Source: an uncultured delta proteobacterium (GTDB lineage Bacteria > Desulfobacterota > Desulfobacteria > Desulfobacterales > SG8-13). Taken from it: DNA of 64,000 bases. A model generated the notes under the pieces. It saw only the letters and a program-made list of their open reading frames with translations. It had not been told where the DNA came from and did no database searches. Positions 63,034-64,000 of the stretch are shown piece after piece. The number at the start of each line of letters is the position of its first letter. The stretch's first letter is position 1. Position numbers and translations under genes: made by a program. Location of the stretch: the NCBI GenBank assembly GCA_963825595.1, contig CAWGUE010000011.1:25267-89266 (forward strand). The letters run 5' to 3'.

Positions 63034-63234
63034 ACCCAAGGTGAGCGTTTCATATTTTCGAAATGACAAAATTGAAAATAATTACACCGCTTTTCAATGA
63101 TAAATTCCGAAATGCGGAAGGGCGGTATAAGTGGTTGTAGAAAAAACATTCGAATAACGGACCTTTTTTGACAACCACTATATAAGGAATTCTGCCGCTT
63201 TGACTTTCGAAAATCTGAAACGCTCAATTTGGGT
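63034..63234. repeat. MITE-like element (copies e+f): two 34-bp cores in inverted orientation flanking 133 bp
   Basis: acccaaggtgagcgtttcatattttcgaaatgac (63034-63067) and tgactttcgaaaatctgaaacgctcaatttgggt (63201-63234). The interior shares ccgaaatgcggaagggc and aaggaattctgcc with 22150-22175 and 50907-50919. It contains no ORF. Confidence 0.75.
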
Positions 63235-63249
63235 TATAGTGATGCGGCA

Positions 63250-63702
63250 TTACGACTTGCTTTCGACGATAAGGGTCACGGGGCCGTCGTTGACCAACGA
63301 CACCGCCATAGCGGCACCGAAGCGGCCGGTTCCAACCCGTAATCCTTTTGCCTTCACGATTGAGACGAAGCGTTCGTAGAGCCTCTCCGCCAAATCGGGT
63401 GGTGCGGCTTCGATAAATGACGGGCGTCTTCCCTTGCGGCAATCGCCGCAGAGCGTGAACTGAGAAACCACCAGCATTTCACCGCCGATTTCTATCAGGG
63501 ATCGGTTCATTTTGCCTTCCGCATCCGCGAAGATTCTCAATCCGGCAACCTTTTCAGCCATATAATCCGCATCGGTCTCCGCATCCCCCCGGTTCACGCC
63601 GAGTAAAACGAGCAGGCCGGTGCCGATACGGGCCACTTCCCGATCATCGACTGTCACCGAGCCTTCCTTGATCCGTTGAATAACAGCGCGCATTCGATTC
63701 AT
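63250..63702 (-). CDS. dtd: D-aminoacyl-tRNA deacylase
   Basis: [16 protein letters not shown]..., VSQFTL, GRRPSF and NDGPVT motifs. Length 150 aa. Confidence 0.9.
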   Translation of the reverse strand: MNRMRAVIQRIKEGSVTVDDREVARIGTGLLVLLGVNRGDAETDADYMAEKVAGLRIFADAEGKMNRSLIEIGGEMLVVSQFTLCGDCRKGRRPSFIEAAPPDLAERLYERFVSIVKAKGLRVGTGRFGAAMAVSLVNDGPVTLIVESKS

Positions 63703-63717
63703 TTCCAGTAGAGCATT

Positions 63718-64000
63718 TTAGCGTTTAGGACCCCGGCCGAAAGCTTGCGCAAAGGGGTTGTGAAACGGTCGGTCCTTTTGCTTTTGATTTTTCTTTTTGC
63801 CTTCGGTCGGTCCGGGCCGGCGGGTCTTCTTCTTTTCAGGAGCCGTTGCTCGTTGCCCTGGAATCGTTTTCATCGACAGCGAAATCCGGCGGCGTTCCTG
63901 GTCAACGTCTATGACAGTTACCGTTACCCGCTGATTGAGTGCAACGATTTCCGAGGGGTCTCGTACAAAATGATCCGCCAATTCACTGATATGAACCAGG
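63718..64000 (-). CDS. Tex-like transcription accessory protein, C-terminal S1 domain and basic tail (5' part outside window)
   Basis: The frame stays open to the window edge. The text is LVHISELADHFVRDPSEIVALNQRVTVTVIDVDQERRRISLSMK (S1 fold signature), followed by a Lys/Arg-rich tail. Confidence 0.65.
   Translation of the reverse strand, partial: LVHISELADHFVRDPSEIVALNQRVTVTVIDVDQERRRISLSMKTIPGQRATAPEKKKTRRPGPTEGKKKNQKQKDRPFHNPFAQAFGRGPKR

Overview
64-kb window from a moderately GC-rich bacterial chromosome. A Desulfobacterota-like origin is only an inference from gene content: fused sat/cysC, sigma-54 activators, larEBC, c-type and b-type cytochromes. No rRNA genes, CRISPR array, transposase, integrase or phage genes were seen. 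All calls come from reading the six-frame translations and the DNA by eye. No searches or computations were run, and all family names are motif-level recognitions.

Layout:
- 1-4.6 kb: housekeeping and accessory genes (M48 peptidase tail, M55 peptidase, orphan SPPY DNA methyltransferase, fused ATP sulfurylase/APS kinase).
- 5.3-21.9 kb: a consensus sigma-54 promoter, then an 11-kb DUF11-repeat giant adhesin reading frame. This frame is broken by about 7 frame changes, six of them within 0.9 kb. It ends 4 nt before a 1704-codon outer-membrane protein with three N-terminal OmpA-type peptidoglycan-binding modules.
- 22.3-33.1 kb: an 11-gene same-strand cluster. It holds secreted/TPR/coiled-coil proteins, MotA/TolQ/ExbB, two ExbD/TolR, an AgmX/PglI-type TonB-like protein and a second, partly gene-converted ExbB. 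I read it as an Agl-Glt/Nfs-like 'core' envelope motor of unknown function.
- 34.3-37.4 kb: larE-larB-larC without larA.
- 37.6-40.1 kb: a 5'-truncated molybdopterin oxidoreductase remnant and a CAP-domain lipoprotein with an internal 147-bp duplication.
- 40.2-43.1 kb: tRNA-Pro, purA, tadA, a DUF6122-like gene and tRNA-Arg.
- 43.4-47.4 kb: an ECF sigma/anti-sigma operon encoding unusual low-complexity secreted proteins and a tandem Cys-rich protein.
- 48-64 kb: a sigma-54 activator divergent from a sigma-54 promoter and a small Cys-rich ORF, two M3 peptidases, an FGE-family protein, cytochromes b561 and c', PilZ and cNMP/DUF4388 signalling genes, an HDAC-family protein, dtd and a Tex-like tail.

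Intergenic regions are littered with a mosaic family of about 34-bp core repeats and GC-stem hairpin modules.
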